Assembly: GCA_965204535.1 (NCBI GenBank)
Contig: CBDBEV010000001.1
Coordinates: 2,368,001-2,432,000 of the forward strand
Direction of reading: 5' to 3'
From: a bacterium
GTDB lineage: Bacteria; UBA8248
Length of the DNA: 64,000 bases
Shown: positions 9,875 to 19,364 of the stretch, piece by piece
Position numbering within the stretch: position 1 is the first letter of the stretch
Layout of the letters: each line of letters begins with the position of its first letter
Position numbers and translations under genes: made by a program
The notes under the pieces: generated by a model
What the model saw: only the letters and a program-made list of their open reading frames with translations
What the model was told of the DNA's origin: nothing
The model's database searches: none

Positions 9875-10633
9875 TTATTGGATGTAAGCTCGAATCGTGG
9901 CAATAATCCGGGCGACATCAACCCATGCATCTGAATAGGTTAAACCTCTTCTCCACCCCAAATGCCAACTTGTTTTCGGCATGGTTGAGTGAGTCCCCTT
10001 TATGAAGGGCACACTATCGATTACATCAGAATTTGAACTGATGGTTTCGCTTTGCTTTTTGAAATAATTCTCCCAAATGATTTCCTTCAATTCTGGCCAA
10101 GAGTCAATTTCCCGTAAAATTTTTTGCAAGTCGCGGCAGCCGGGAGCTTCTGCGTCCCAAGGGCTGATTTTGTCGGTTTTTCCACTCAATGATCTTTCGG
10201 CCAATGCGCAAGCCACTAGGCAAATATCCTCACGTGTCAGAACCAGACGTTCAATTTGTTGCAAAAACACATCACGAGCAACAATTATTCTCTCGTTCGA
10301 ATCGTTGGAAACGTCCAGTTTCTCAGCATGAAAGTGAAGGTAGTGCATGTGGATAATCATTCCAAGAATACGCTTCAGAGGTATTTGGACTTCGTTTTGG
10401 TATTCGTCCATCCCTTTAATGTTCCATCCCCGTAAATGTACAGGGAGGAGTCTTCCACTCGGGTCAGCATCTTGAATCGTTGTGATGATATCCCGAGCCG
10501 GGAGGACAAGATGTGCAAAATGGTATGCCGTCCTCGTGTCGCTGTATCCGCCTCCTAGTGGCAGAACACACTTAATCCGTTTAATTTCGGGCAAGTTTTT
10601 GCGCAAGATTTCTACCTGATCGGCAATAAGCAT
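9875..10633 (-). CDS. Hypothetical protein, low GC
   Basis: 252-aa ORF with a GAGG RBS; no motif recognised. Confidence 0.6.
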   Translation of the reverse strand: MLIADQVEILRKNLPEIKRIKCVLPLGGGYSDTRTAYHFAHLVLPARDIITTIQDADPSGRLLPVHLRGWNIKGMDEYQNEVQIPLKRILGMIIHMHYLHFHAEKLDVSNDSNERIIVARDVFLQQIERLVLTREDICLVACALAERSLSGKTDKISPWDAEAPGCRDLQKILREIDSWPELKEIIWENYFKKQSETISSNSDVIDSVPFIKGTHSTMPKTSWHLGWRRGLTYSDAWVDVARIIATIRAYIQ

Positions 10634-10701
10634 TTTCGTTTACCTCTTCGGAATTTCGCTGTTTCGTGTGACTGTAGCGAGAAAAACAGCCCGTGAAAAA
10701 C

Positions 10702-11085
10702 TCATTCGGAAGCATTTTCCATGATGGATTCCTGTGACTCGCGGGCGTCTTTTATGGTCCGGTCGAGTTCATTCTTGCGTCCTTCGCGCACCAATTCATC
10801 CCGCTTCAGCGTGGAAAGAAGGTATACGCCTCGATAGATCCGCTCGAGCTGGGCTGCGATTTCAGGTGGAAACCCCGGAGAATTTGCGGTCAGCTTGCCC
10901 GTAGCGAAACCCATTGCGGCATGACGAACGAGTTCGGCGGCCGTCATTCCGCGCTCCCTGGCCTCCTTTTCAATGCAAGTCCACTCGAAATCGGAGAACC
11001 GGATCGAGCGTGGCGAACGCGATTCGCCATGTTTTTCGTCGGGATTCTCGCTGGAATCGCCGGCGACGGAATGGTTTTCGGTCAT
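10702..11085 (-). CDS. Ribbon-helix-helix DNA-binding protein (MobC/CopG-like)
   Basis: RSIRFSDFEWTCIEKEARERGMTAAELVRHAA fits the RHH pattern. GGAGG RBS. Confidence 0.7.
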   Translation of the reverse strand: MTENHSVAGDSSENPDEKHGESRSPRSIRFSDFEWTCIEKEARERGMTAAELVRHAAMGFATGKLTANSPGFPPEIAAQLERIYRGVYLLSTLKRDELVREGRKNELDRTIKDARESQESIMENASE

Positions 11086-11662
11086 GTTTTTACCTCCAAT
11101 GGTTCGATTTTTTCAGCCGGGAAATCACCGGTATCGTTGCATTTACGGATCAAATCCGGTCGCTCCGGGCACAGATTCTCTCGTATTCTCATAGCACACA
11201 TATCTGGGAAATACTATTTCCAGCGTATGCCATGAGCATACGCCTCTTGTGAGACTCAAGGAATTCAATGAGATACGGGCGTATTACGTCGTAACACGCT
11301 CTCCCAGCGAAAGCAGGGCGGTATTTGAGGGCGTTTGAGCAAGGAACGCCATGCCTGGCGCACGATTGGCCTGCATCCAGCAGCCCGCTGCGTGGGGTGT
11401 GAAACCCGAAGCGCCGAAGGGCGTCAGATTGCCGAATTCGTGAGAACGAGAGATGGTGGAACCGGCGCCGGAGAGAATGGCGAGCGGGAGCCGCCGCGGC
11501 GAGTGAGCGGACAGAGCGAGGGGCAAGAGGGGTGAGGGTGCTGAACCTTGCGCCTGGATTCACAAGCGGCGGGCGCACGGGGCGCTGTAGTTTGCGCTTT
11601 TAATCACAAGCAGGCGAACGACACGGGAAGCGACGGGCCGCGCCGCCGGTGGTGCGGGGATG

Positions 11663-13444
11663 GAGACTGTGAAAGTATTCCCACGATTCTGGTGGGTGAC
11701 GCTGGCGAGCGATGCCCGGGTTGTCTGTACATGCTATCTTTACCGGTGAGTGAGATAACCACATAAAGGGTCACCACCATGTCCGAGAGACGTTATCAGG
11801 AGGTGCAGTCCCGAAGCCAGATGATGCTGCTTCCGCCGTGTCTGGACGACTACGTGTCCGAGCACAATGCGGTGCGCGCGATCGATGCGTTCGTCGGCAC
11901 GCTGGACCTGGAGGCGCTGGGGTTCGCGCATGCCGAAGCGAACTGCGGCGCCGGTCAGCCGGCTTTCGACCCGGCGCTGCTGCTGAAGCTGTATCTGTAC
12001 GGCTACCAGCACCGGGTACGGAGTTCGCGCCGTCTCGAAGCGGAGACGCGGCGCAATCTGGAAGTGATCTGGCTGTGCCAGGGTGCGACGCCGAGCTACA
12101 AGACGATTGCGGATTTTCGCAAGAACAATGTGGCTGCGCTGCAGGAGGCCAACCGGGAGTTCGTGCTGCTGTGCCGCGAACTCTCGCTGCTGGGCGGCAG
12201 CCGGGTGGCGGTCGACGGGACTTTTTTGAAGGCCGATGCGAACCTGGACAGCTTCCAAACCAAGCGGTCCCTGGCAAGGGACCTGAGGCGTTTGGAGAAG
12301 AGGATTGCGGCGTATCACCGGCAGTTGGACGAGGCGGATGCGCGCGGGGAGGAGTGTGGGGACGGTTCGGAGGATCCGGACCTGCCGGTGAAGCTCAAGG
12401 CCTTGATCGAGAGGCAACAAAAGAAGAAGGCACTGCAAGAGCATTTGCAGGAAAGCGGAGAGCGTCAGGTATCGGGGGTCGATGCAGATGCTCGACTTCT
12501 GAGGAACGGCGATATAATGGTGGGCGGATACAACTGCCAGATCGCGGTGGACGACAAGCACAAGCTGATTGTCGCGGAGGATGTGGTGCAGGACGGCAAT
12601 GACTCCGCTCAGTTGGAGCCGATGATGACGAAAGCCGGCGAAGCCATGGGCAGCGAACGCCTGGTCGGCCTGGCGGATTCGGGCTACTTCAACGGCGCAC
12701 AGTTGAAGAGTTGCGAAGACAAGGGAATGGAGGTGTATGTTCCGATACCGAACCAGACGGCCCGCAAGGGCAAGGACGGACGATTCGGCAGCGATGAATT
12801 CCGTTACGATGCGCAGGATGACACGTATGTCTGTCCGGCCGGAGAGCGTCTGGTTCGAGGCGGCACGACCACCGTCAGGGGCAGGCTGTATTACTTTTAT
12901 CGCGGGACGGCGGCGGTTTGCCGGGACTGTTCGTTGTCGGGCCGATGCCTGACAAAGTCGAGATCGACGCGCAGGATACAACGCTGGGAGCATGAGGACG
13001 TGGTGGACCGGCATCGCAAGAAGATGAACGCCCGTGTGCCATTGATGCGCGGGCGAAGCACACTCGTCGAACATCCATTCGGTACGATCAAGCGCTGGGC
13101 GGGGATGGATCATTTTGTGATGCGCGGACTCGGCAAATGCCGCGGCGAATTCAGCCTGATGACGCTGGGTTACAACTTCAAGCGGGTCATGCGTGTGCTG
13201 GGCGGAGCTGCATTTGTGGAGCATTGTCTGCAAAAACAGCGGTTGGGGACGAATGGCGTGTGAACTTGAAGCCGATTCTTCGAGGACTTGACCGCGACCC
13301 CGAGCTGACCGGCCGCCGAGACGTTTCTCTCCCGGCTCTGCGGTGTTGTTGCTCCCGAAGTTGAAGACAGTGTCCGGCCATCGGGCTGCAAGCGTAAGCG
13401 AGCCCTGTTCCGGAGACTGTGAAATCCAATACTCTCACAGTCTC
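11663..13444 (+). mobile_element. IS1182-family insertion sequence (1782 bp)
   Basis: Terminal IRs GAGACTGTGAAAGTATT / AATACTCTCACAGTCTC (1 mismatch in 17). Flanking 16-bp direct repeat CGGTGGTGCGGGGATG at 11647-11662 and 13445-13460. Confidence 0.93.
11779..13263 (+). CDS. IS1182-family DDE transposase
   Basis: 494 aa. LLKLYLYGY...SSRRLE (DUF772), VAVDGT, LADSGY, CPAG zinc insert, VEHPFGTIK. Confidence 0.95.
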   Translation: MSERRYQEVQSRSQMMLLPPCLDDYVSEHNAVRAIDAFVGTLDLEALGFAHAEANCGAGQPAFDPALLLKLYLYGYQHRVRSSRRLEAETRRNLEVIWLCQGATPSYKTIADFRKNNVAALQEANREFVLLCRELSLLGGSRVAVDGTFLKADANLDSFQTKRSLARDLRRLEKRIAAYHRQLDEADARGEECGDGSEDPDLPVKLKALIERQQKKKALQEHLQESGERQVSGVDADARLLRNGDIMVGGYNCQIAVDDKHKLIVAEDVVQDGNDSAQLEPMMTKAGEAMGSERLVGLADSGYFNGAQLKSCEDKGMEVYVPIPNQTARKGKDGRFGSDEFRYDAQDDTYVCPAGERLVRGGTTTVRGRLYYFYRGTAAVCRDCSLSGRCLTKSRSTRRIQRWEHEDVVDRHRKKMNARVPLMRGRSTLVEHPFGTIKRWAGMDHFVMRGLGKCRGEFSLMTLGYNFKRVMRVLGGAAFVEHCLQKQRLGTNGV

Positions 13445-13483
13445 CGGTGGTGCGGGGATGGCGACGCGACCCGTGAGTGCGGC

Positions 13484-14437
13484 TCAAGCCGCGACGCGCT
13501 GGACGGGGATGCCGAGCGAGCGGGCCTTGTCGACGAGGTTGTCCGTGATGCCCGAGCCCGGGAAAGCGATCACGCCCTTGGGGAGGAGGGAGAGCAGCTC
13601 GTCGTTGCGCCGGAAGGGAGCGGCCCTGCCGTGGGCGTCCCAGTCGGGCTTGCAGACGACCTGGTGGACGCCGTTGCGCTCCGCCCATCCCGCCGCTATC
13701 TTCTCCGCACCCGGGCCGCCGCCGTGGACGAGGACGACGTCGGCGTACTTGGCTTTCAGCTTGTCGAGCTGGCCGATGATTTTACCGGCGTCGGTGGCCT
13801 CCTTGCCTCCCGCGACGGCGACGAGGGTTCCCTGGGGAAGGTGGGCCGTGTTCTCGCGGTCCTTTCTCGCGCGCTGGAAGTCCCGCGCCTCGATCACCGC
13901 CGATGTGAGCTTGCCGGTCTGCGAGACGTGCGATCCTCGCCGGGGCCGCCATACCTCGCCGGTCTCGACGCGGTAGGCCTCTGCGGCGGCGTCACGGAGC
14001 CCTTCGAACGCGTCGCGGCGGGCGGTGAGGTTCTCCGCCCGGTCGGTCGCGAGTTCGAGCTCGCGCGACCTGATCTCGGAGCCGTCCTGCTCGCGCTGCA
14101 TTTCACGGATGCCGGGGATGAGCTTGTCGGCGGCGCGGTCGAGCCGCTGTGTCTGGGCGTCCAGGGTGTTGACGAAACCCCACAGGAGGTTTCTTCGCTC
14201 ATCGGCCAGCTGCGTGCCGTCGGGCGCGGCTTCCGCGAGTGCGCCGAAGGCCTTGAGGACGGCGGCGGTGGACTCCGCCTCGCCCCAGACGGGCCGGTTG
14301 TCGAACTCGTCCGGGCCGGGGGTCGCGCCGAAGAGCTGGGCCTGTTCGCAGACCATGGCGGTGAAGGACTCGTTCTGGGCTTCGATGGTGTCGACCTCGT
14401 GCATGATCATCTCCTTGTGTGTCGCGGTGGCAGTCAT
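13484..14437 (-). CDS. DUF2493 / YspA-SLOG family protein
   Basis: C-terminal VAVAGG...LVHGGGPGAEKIAAGWA...APFRRNDELL...FPGSGIT is typical of plasmid DUF2493 proteins. Alternative start at 14404. Confidence 0.85.
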   Translation of the reverse strand: MTATATHKEMIMHEVDTIEAQNESFTAMVCEQAQLFGATPGPDEFDNRPVWGEAESTAAVLKAFGALAEAAPDGTQLADERRNLLWGFVNTLDAQTQRLDRAADKLIPGIREMQREQDGSEIRSRELELATDRAENLTARRDAFEGLRDAAAEAYRVETGEVWRPRRGSHVSQTGKLTSAVIEARDFQRARKDRENTAHLPQGTLVAVAGGKEATDAGKIIGQLDKLKAKYADVVLVHGGGPGAEKIAAGWAERNGVHQVVCKPDWDAHGRAAPFRRNDELLSLLPKGVIAFPGSGITDNLVDKARSLGIPVQRVAA

Positions 14438-14458
14438 CGTTCACTCCTTTCGTTGTCC

Positions 14459-14833
14459 TCAAGCGAGGGGATGGTTGAATTCGGGAAGAGCGTAGCCACG
14501 CTCGTTGCGCCCCACTTCTTTCGGCATTTCGTCGAGATACCCGGCGGCCCACTCGGCGGCGCGCGCGAGTACGTCGCCGTGGCACGGGAGGGGATGGCAG
14601 TGGCAGCCGAGCTCGCAGCCTTGGAGGTCGGCGAGTTCGTGGAGGTCCAGCTCCTCGCGCCGGATTTTTTCCCAGAGCCATCGCCGGTATTTCTCGATGA
14701 CCTCGCTGCGCGATCCATCCTTGCCGATGCGGAAGGGGTTTCCCCACTTCGTCCTGCGGTCGATCCTGACCAGCAATCCGCCGCCGAATTGAGGCGCAAC
14801 GTAGTCGTTCAGGTTCACCACGGTGGTTTCCAT
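14459..14833 (-). CDS. DUF4326 family protein
   Basis: RIDRRTKWGNPF...LGCHCHPLPCHGDVL signature. Confidence 0.9.
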   Translation of the reverse strand: METTVVNLNDYVAPQFGGGLLVRIDRRTKWGNPFRIGKDGSRSEVIEKYRRWLWEKIRREELDLHELADLQGCELGCHCHPLPCHGDVLARAAEWAAGYLDEMPKEVGRNERGYALPEFNHPLA

Positions 14834-14868
14834 GCCTTTCTCCTTCGTAGAGAGTTAACGGATGCGCT

Positions 14869-15059
14869 TCTTAGCGTCCCATTTTCAGCACGTGGTAGGC
14901 GTGGGCGTCAGGGGCGGTTTTCAGTCTTTTTTCACCCGGAGGGCGCGCAGCGGAAAAAATCGGCGCTTCACCGATTTTTTCTGAAAAAAGATGCTTTTGC
15001 GTATTTTGCAAAAGCACCCTTGACCCCGCGCCGTGCGTGCTAAAATGGGGACGCTAAGA
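14869..15059 (+). promoter_or_regulatory. Frpo/ssi-like single-stranded DNA promoter (long stem with internal hairpins)
   Basis: TCTTAGCGTCCCATTTTCAGCACG (14869-14892) pairs with CGTGCTAAAATGGGGACGCTAAGA (15036-15059). The 3' arm carries TTGACC (15020) and TAAAAT (15041). Internal hairpins AAAAAATCGG/CCGATTTTTT and GCTTTTGC/GCAAAAGC. Confidence 0.7.
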
Positions 15060-15344
15060 GAGAGAGGGTAGTACCGCCACCGGGACACAAGAGCCTTTGG
15101 TGTTTCACGATGAAGGCGAAGCTCATCGGGAAACAATCTCTCATGCTGCGGAAAGGGTCATTTCGGGCCGTCTTTTCCGGCCCGAAATTCCCGCAGCGGG
15201 GGGTGGACCGAGCCACTATCCGGAACATGGAATGAGTGCAGGTGCATGCCGATCTTCCGGGAACATGGTTCATCGTTCACGGAACCGGAGGATTTACCAG
15301 GTGTTCCCGGTAGACGAGATAGCAGGCACCTCTGGATAACGATC

Positions 15345-15378
15345 AAAAAAAGGGGCCGACGCCGAAGCGCCGACCCCT
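15345..15378 (-). terminator. Intrinsic terminator after ssb
   Basis: GC hairpin with a TTCG loop on the minus strand, followed by a T7 run. Confidence 0.75.
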
Positions 15379-15385
15379 GGTGAGC

Positions 15386-15832
15386 CTAGAACGGGATGTC
15401 GTCCCCGACTACGCCTGCGGGCACCGCCGTCGTCTCGGCGTGCGCGCCGTTGCCGTTACCGTTGCCATTGCCGTTCCCGTTCACCTTGTCGAGGAACTGG
15501 ATGCGCCCGCCCGGCGCGATGAGGATCTCGGTGGAAAAGCGATCGGAGTCCTCCTCGTCCTTCTTCCAGCGGCGGGTCTGCAGCTTGCCCGCGACGTAGA
15601 CCAGGCGGCCCTTCTTCGCGTGCTTCTCAAACATGTCCACCAAGCCGGGCTGGAAGGTCACGACCCGGTGCCACTCGGTCCTGTCCACTCGCTCGCCGGA
15701 CTGCTTGTCGACGTAGCCCTCGTCGGTGGCGATCGAGAGGTTGGCGACGCGCCCCCCGCTCGCGAGATGGTTGATGGTGACGTCGGCGCCGAGACGCCCG
15801 ATCAGTTCCGCTCTGTTGAGTCCGAAAGCCAT
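15386..15832 (-). CDS. ssb: Single-stranded DNA-binding protein (mobile-element copy)
   Basis: LNRAELIGRLGAD...TEWHRV...GKLQTRRW, with acidic DDIPF tail and an (NG)6 linker. Confidence 0.95.
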   Translation of the reverse strand: MAFGLNRAELIGRLGADVTINHLASGGRVANLSIATDEGYVDKQSGERVDRTEWHRVVTFQPGLVDMFEKHAKKGRLVYVAGKLQTRRWKKDEEDSDRFSTEILIAPGGRIQFLDKVNGNGNGNGNGNGAHAETTAVPAGVVGDDIPF

Positions 15833-15912
15833 TGTAATACTCCTTCATGGTGTGGTGTGGATGATGAAGTGGAAGGGCCGGGAAGCCTCTCTCCCCGATC
15901 CCCCGATCTGCC

Positions 15913-16044
15913 CTATTCCCTCCTGAACTCCTCCTCGCCCCCCGCCTCGTCGCGGATCTTGCGGATCGTGTACGCGTCGAGTCCGAGTTCTGCGAGCAGT
16001 TCGTCCGTGGTGGGAACATCGACGTCGAAGTCGTTCTCGTACAT
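15913..16044 (-). CDS. Small acidic hypothetical protein (43 aa)
   Basis: AGGAGG RBS before ATG 16044. Sequence MYENDFDVDVPTTDELLAELGLDAYTIRKIRDEAGGEEEFRRE. Confidence 0.55.
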   Translation of the reverse strand: MYENDFDVDVPTTDELLAELGLDAYTIRKIRDEAGGEEEFRRE

Positions 16045-16230
16045 GGCCAAGCCTCCTGTCGGGGTTGTCGCCGGCGGCGGGAGCTGGAGACCGTCTCCCT
16101 CTCCCCTGCCGGGCCTTTGCCCGGCTCCCCGCTTCGCTCTCACTCTCGGGGGGAGGTCCTCACCCGGCGGGGACCGCTTGCAGACGATGTCGGGACTTGC
16201 CTACGCCCCGGGTTCGTGTCAGATGGAGGC

Positions 16231-17025
16231 ATGGGCAGGCGAAAGGGTATTGACAGGGGCAGCTTGAATTCGCTGGTGGTGGAGGCCTGGAAGGCGTTCG
16301 AACGCGCTGCTCCGGCTTCGCGCGTCCATCCCGCCATGCCGATTCTCTTCTTCGGCGATTTCGAGGCGTACTCTGCCTCGTCAGTTCGGGTAGTGACCGT
16401 GGGCTCGAATCCTTCGCATCACGAATTCCCCAAGGATTCTCCGTTCCGGAGGTTTCCGGGATGCGTCGGGGTCACGGCAACCGACGGCGGGCGCTACGTG
16501 CAAGGCCTGTGTTCCTACTTCCGCGCCGATCCCTACCGCAGATGGTTCCGGCTCTACGACGTCGCGCTCGGGGGAGCGAGGGTCAGTTACTATCCGGGCC
16601 AACCCTCGACGGCCCTGCATACGGACTTTGGTTCGCCCGTCGCCACGAATCCGACGTGGAGCGGACTTGGGGAGCCGGAGCGCCGTGCGCTCCAGGAAGA
16701 AGGCGGCGTCCTGTGGCGCCGGTTGATGGAAATCCTGAAGCCGCAAATCGTCCTGTTGAGCGTCGCGGGGAAAGACCGCGAGTACATCGGGCGCCACTTC
16801 CCGGCATTGAACGACTGGCGGCGGATTCATGAGTTTCGGTGCAAGAAAAACGGGGAGCCTAGAAAACGCCCATACCCGGTCGATGCGAGGTGGTACGCGA
16901 TAATGGGCGAACCTTCGCTGTTCGTATACGGCGCCAAGGCCCAGACACCGTTCGGCTCGCTGAGCGATGAGCAGAAACGACAAGTGGGAGAGTTGACGCG
17001 CCGGACATACGGCAAAGGTCCGTAG
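16231..17025 (+). CDS. Uracil-DNA glycosylase-like superfamily protein (divergent)
   Basis: GGAGG RBS. VVTVGSNPS (motif A-like GxNP) and LKPQIVLL fit the UDG fold; 264 aa. Confidence 0.5.
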   Translation: MGRRKGIDRGSLNSLVVEAWKAFERAAPASRVHPAMPILFFGDFEAYSASSVRVVTVGSNPSHHEFPKDSPFRRFPGCVGVTATDGGRYVQGLCSYFRADPYRRWFRLYDVALGGARVSYYPGQPSTALHTDFGSPVATNPTWSGLGEPERRALQEEGGVLWRRLMEILKPQIVLLSVAGKDREYIGRHFPALNDWRRIHEFRCKKNGEPRKRPYPVDARWYAIMGEPSLFVYGAKAQTPFGSLSDEQKRQVGELTRRTYGKGP

Positions 17026-17148
17026 ATTTCGCTTGTCACTACCCCCCCCCCGCCGACGACGGGCCGGCTGCGCAGCAGGGCGGCGCTATCCCTACCCCCC
17101 GCCAGACGTATAAAGGCCGGCGGCACGTGCAGGCGCGGCCGCCGGCCC

Positions 17149-17958
17149 TCAGACCCATGCGGTCAGAGTCGACATGAGGGGCTCATCCACCACGACCTCG
17201 ACCTGATCTCGCGAGAGCTTCTCGAAGGCGAGGCACATGGCGACCTCCTCCCAGGAGTCGAGGGGTCCGTGCTCGATGCCGGTGGCTAGTTCGACCACGG
17301 TGAAGCGCGGCGGATAGACGGGCAGGCCCTTGTGCTCTCCCGATGAGTGGTACGATCGGTTCGCGCAGGGAGTGCATCTCACCCCTGCGTCCGCATGGGC
17401 GCCGCAGTCGACGCAAACCGACCGTGCCCGCCTGTCGCGATAGCGTTTCCTGCTCGCGGCGTTCTTGCGCGGACGGCGTTTTTCTTGTTTTGCGGCGCAC
17501 GAAGCGCACGTCGAAGCCTCATCGACGACTTCCGCACCGCACCGTCCGCAAAGCCCTTTCACTCTCCTGGCGGCGTAGAGTTTCTTCTCGGCCGCCCGCC
17601 TCGTCTCCCGGCAGGGTTCGCAGACGGCGCCGGCCTCGACGGGCTCGCGTCCGCAGCGCGGGCACAAGCCGGCCTCCACCCGCTCGCGCCTGCGCTTCCT
17701 CGCCCTCTCGCGCGCCATGCGGCGGCGGCTCTCGGGGCAGCGGCCGCCATATGGGGCTCCCCCCGCTCGGGCTTCGGCGTATCGGGCGCGTCGGGTCTCC
17801 CGGTCCCTCTCTCCGCAGGGCTCGCACAGACTGCGCCCCGGCGCGGGAGGAATCTTTCCGCACCGGGGGCACAGGCCACGCGCGAGTCGGTCGGCGGTGC
17901 GCCGGTGGTGGCGCTCGCGCTCATAAGCGCGTCGTCTCTCCGGGTCCCTGTGTGGCAC
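17149..17958 (-). CDS. Arg/Cys-rich repeat protein with four paired CxxC (zinc-finger-like) units
   Basis: GLCPRCG..CEPC twice, GLCGRCG..CASC and CVDCG..CTPC, separated by basic helices. Confidence 0.7.
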   Translation of the reverse strand: MPHRDPERRRAYERERHHRRTADRLARGLCPRCGKIPPAPGRSLCEPCGERDRETRRARYAEARAGGAPYGGRCPESRRRMARERARKRRRERVEAGLCPRCGREPVEAGAVCEPCRETRRAAEKKLYAARRVKGLCGRCGAEVVDEASTCASCAAKQEKRRPRKNAASRKRYRDRRARSVCVDCGAHADAGVRCTPCANRSYHSSGEHKGLPVYPPRFTVVELATGIEHGPLDSWEEVAMCLAFEKLSRDQVEVVVDEPLMSTLTAWV

Positions 17959-18051
17959 TCCGTCTCCCTCCCTGGGGTGGATGGAATCGTGCGGCCGGCG
18001 CCGGGCCGGCGAGACGTCTTGCGGGCGGAAGTTCTCCCCGGTGGGAGTTCC

Positions 18052-18348
18052 TCACCGGGTGAGCATCCGGGCCCACACGAGGTGCTCGCCCCAGAGTTGC
18101 AGCCCGCTGCCGGGGACCCGGAGCCCCGTGCAGACGATGAGTTCGTCGCGCGCGGGCCGCATCTCGCGTACGGCTTTCCGCGAGGCCGTCGCTCTCTTCG
18201 TCTTGCGCCTCCCGCTCTCCCTGTCGGGCACGGGCCTGATGTCGCCGTCGGCGGACTTGTAGCGTTTCACTTCGTAGCGCTCGTCCTCGAGGCCTCGGCC
18301 GAACAGGTGGGTGAGGAAAGTACTCGCTTCGGGTCCGGGTTTCCGCAT
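18052..18348 (-). CDS. Hypothetical protein (98 aa)
   Basis: AAGGAGG RBS before ATG 18348. Confidence 0.45.
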   Translation of the reverse strand: MRKPGPEASTFLTHLFGRGLEDERYEVKRYKSADGDIRPVPDRESGRRKTKRATASRKAVREMRPARDELIVCTGLRVPGSGLQLWGEHLVWARMLTR

Positions 18349-18536
18349 CGCGCGCCTCCTTGGGTGGGTGGATGATGGCGGCGGAGACGAGCCACGAACA
18401 CGGGAAGACTCCCTCCCGGCTCCCCTCCGCCGCCACCTCCCGGCCGGACTCCGCCTCCCGGTGGCGCAGAGCCACCGCCGGTGGGAAAGAAGGCGCTCCG
18501 TTCGTTCAGGGGAGTCTTCGTTCGGCCCGGGGCCTT

Positions 18537-18713
18537 CTAGGGGAAGGGTGCGTCCGGGTCCTGGCCGAACAGCTCCTGCTCCTCCAGCTCGCGGCGCCAG
18601 GCGTAGCGTCCCGTCCGGGCGGACCACTCGAAGTCCTCCTCCCGCCCGTCGGGCAGTTCGTAGCGAGCGAAGGCCGTCCAGTCCCCGCGGCGGGACGGTT
18701 TCCGGTTACTCAT
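18537..18713 (-). CDS. Small hypothetical protein (58 aa)
   Basis: MSNRKPSRRGDW... with protein-like composition, co-oriented with its neighbours. Confidence 0.4.
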   Translation of the reverse strand: MSNRKPSRRGDWTAFARYELPDGREEDFEWSARTGRYAWRRELEEQELFGQDPDAPFP

Positions 18714-19364
18714 GAGTCGCGCCTTCGGGATTGTGAGAAAGGGGATCGCGGGCGCCTCACGGCCAGGCTCCGCCTCTCGCCGGCGCGGGGCCCGGGGGAG
18801 GCGCGCGATGAACGCCCCGGCGCCCGGGCGCTGGAATGCGGATATCGAAACCCCTTGCAAGCGGGCGGTTTTTCAGTTTGTTTCCGTGCGGTGCGGACTA
18901 CCGTATGCACCCGGGATGAGCGAAAGGGACGAAAGGGGAGACGCGCATGGACAAGAACGCCGGAAGTGGCTCGATCACGCCCCAGGCGGAGCGCGTCCTT
19001 CAGAAGGTCATCAACGTTGCGGAGTACCGGTGTATTGCCGCGATCAGGCTGTCCGGGCCGGCCGGAAGAGGGGGATGGCGCAATGATCCGGCAGGCACGC
19101 CCCGGGATGCGCGGAGGCTCGATTCCCCTCGTTTGCGTTTTGATTGCTTGCTGCGGAAGGTGGATTCCGGCCGAGACCCGGGGGAAATGAATGCTTCTCG
19201 ATGATATCAACGGGATCAGGAGATTTTACTTCCGCCGGCAATCCCCCACCGCCTGAAAACACGCGGGAGAGCGGGATGCGCGCCCCCTCCCGTCACCCGC
19301 CGGGAGGGGGACCGCGGTGAAGCGGGCCGGGAGGAACGGCCTGCGCTTCCCCCCGGGTCCGCCC

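Noticed and set aside
11271-11340. MOBQ/Ti-type oriT-like sequence (GGGCGTATTACGTCG)
   Set aside because: The match is degenerate, no relaxase is nearby, and the implied transfer direction conflicts with the Frpo orientation.
15446-15482. (NG)6 repeat in ssb as a slippage switch
   Set aside because: It is in frame with mixed codons and sits in the disordered linker, which is ordinary for SSB.
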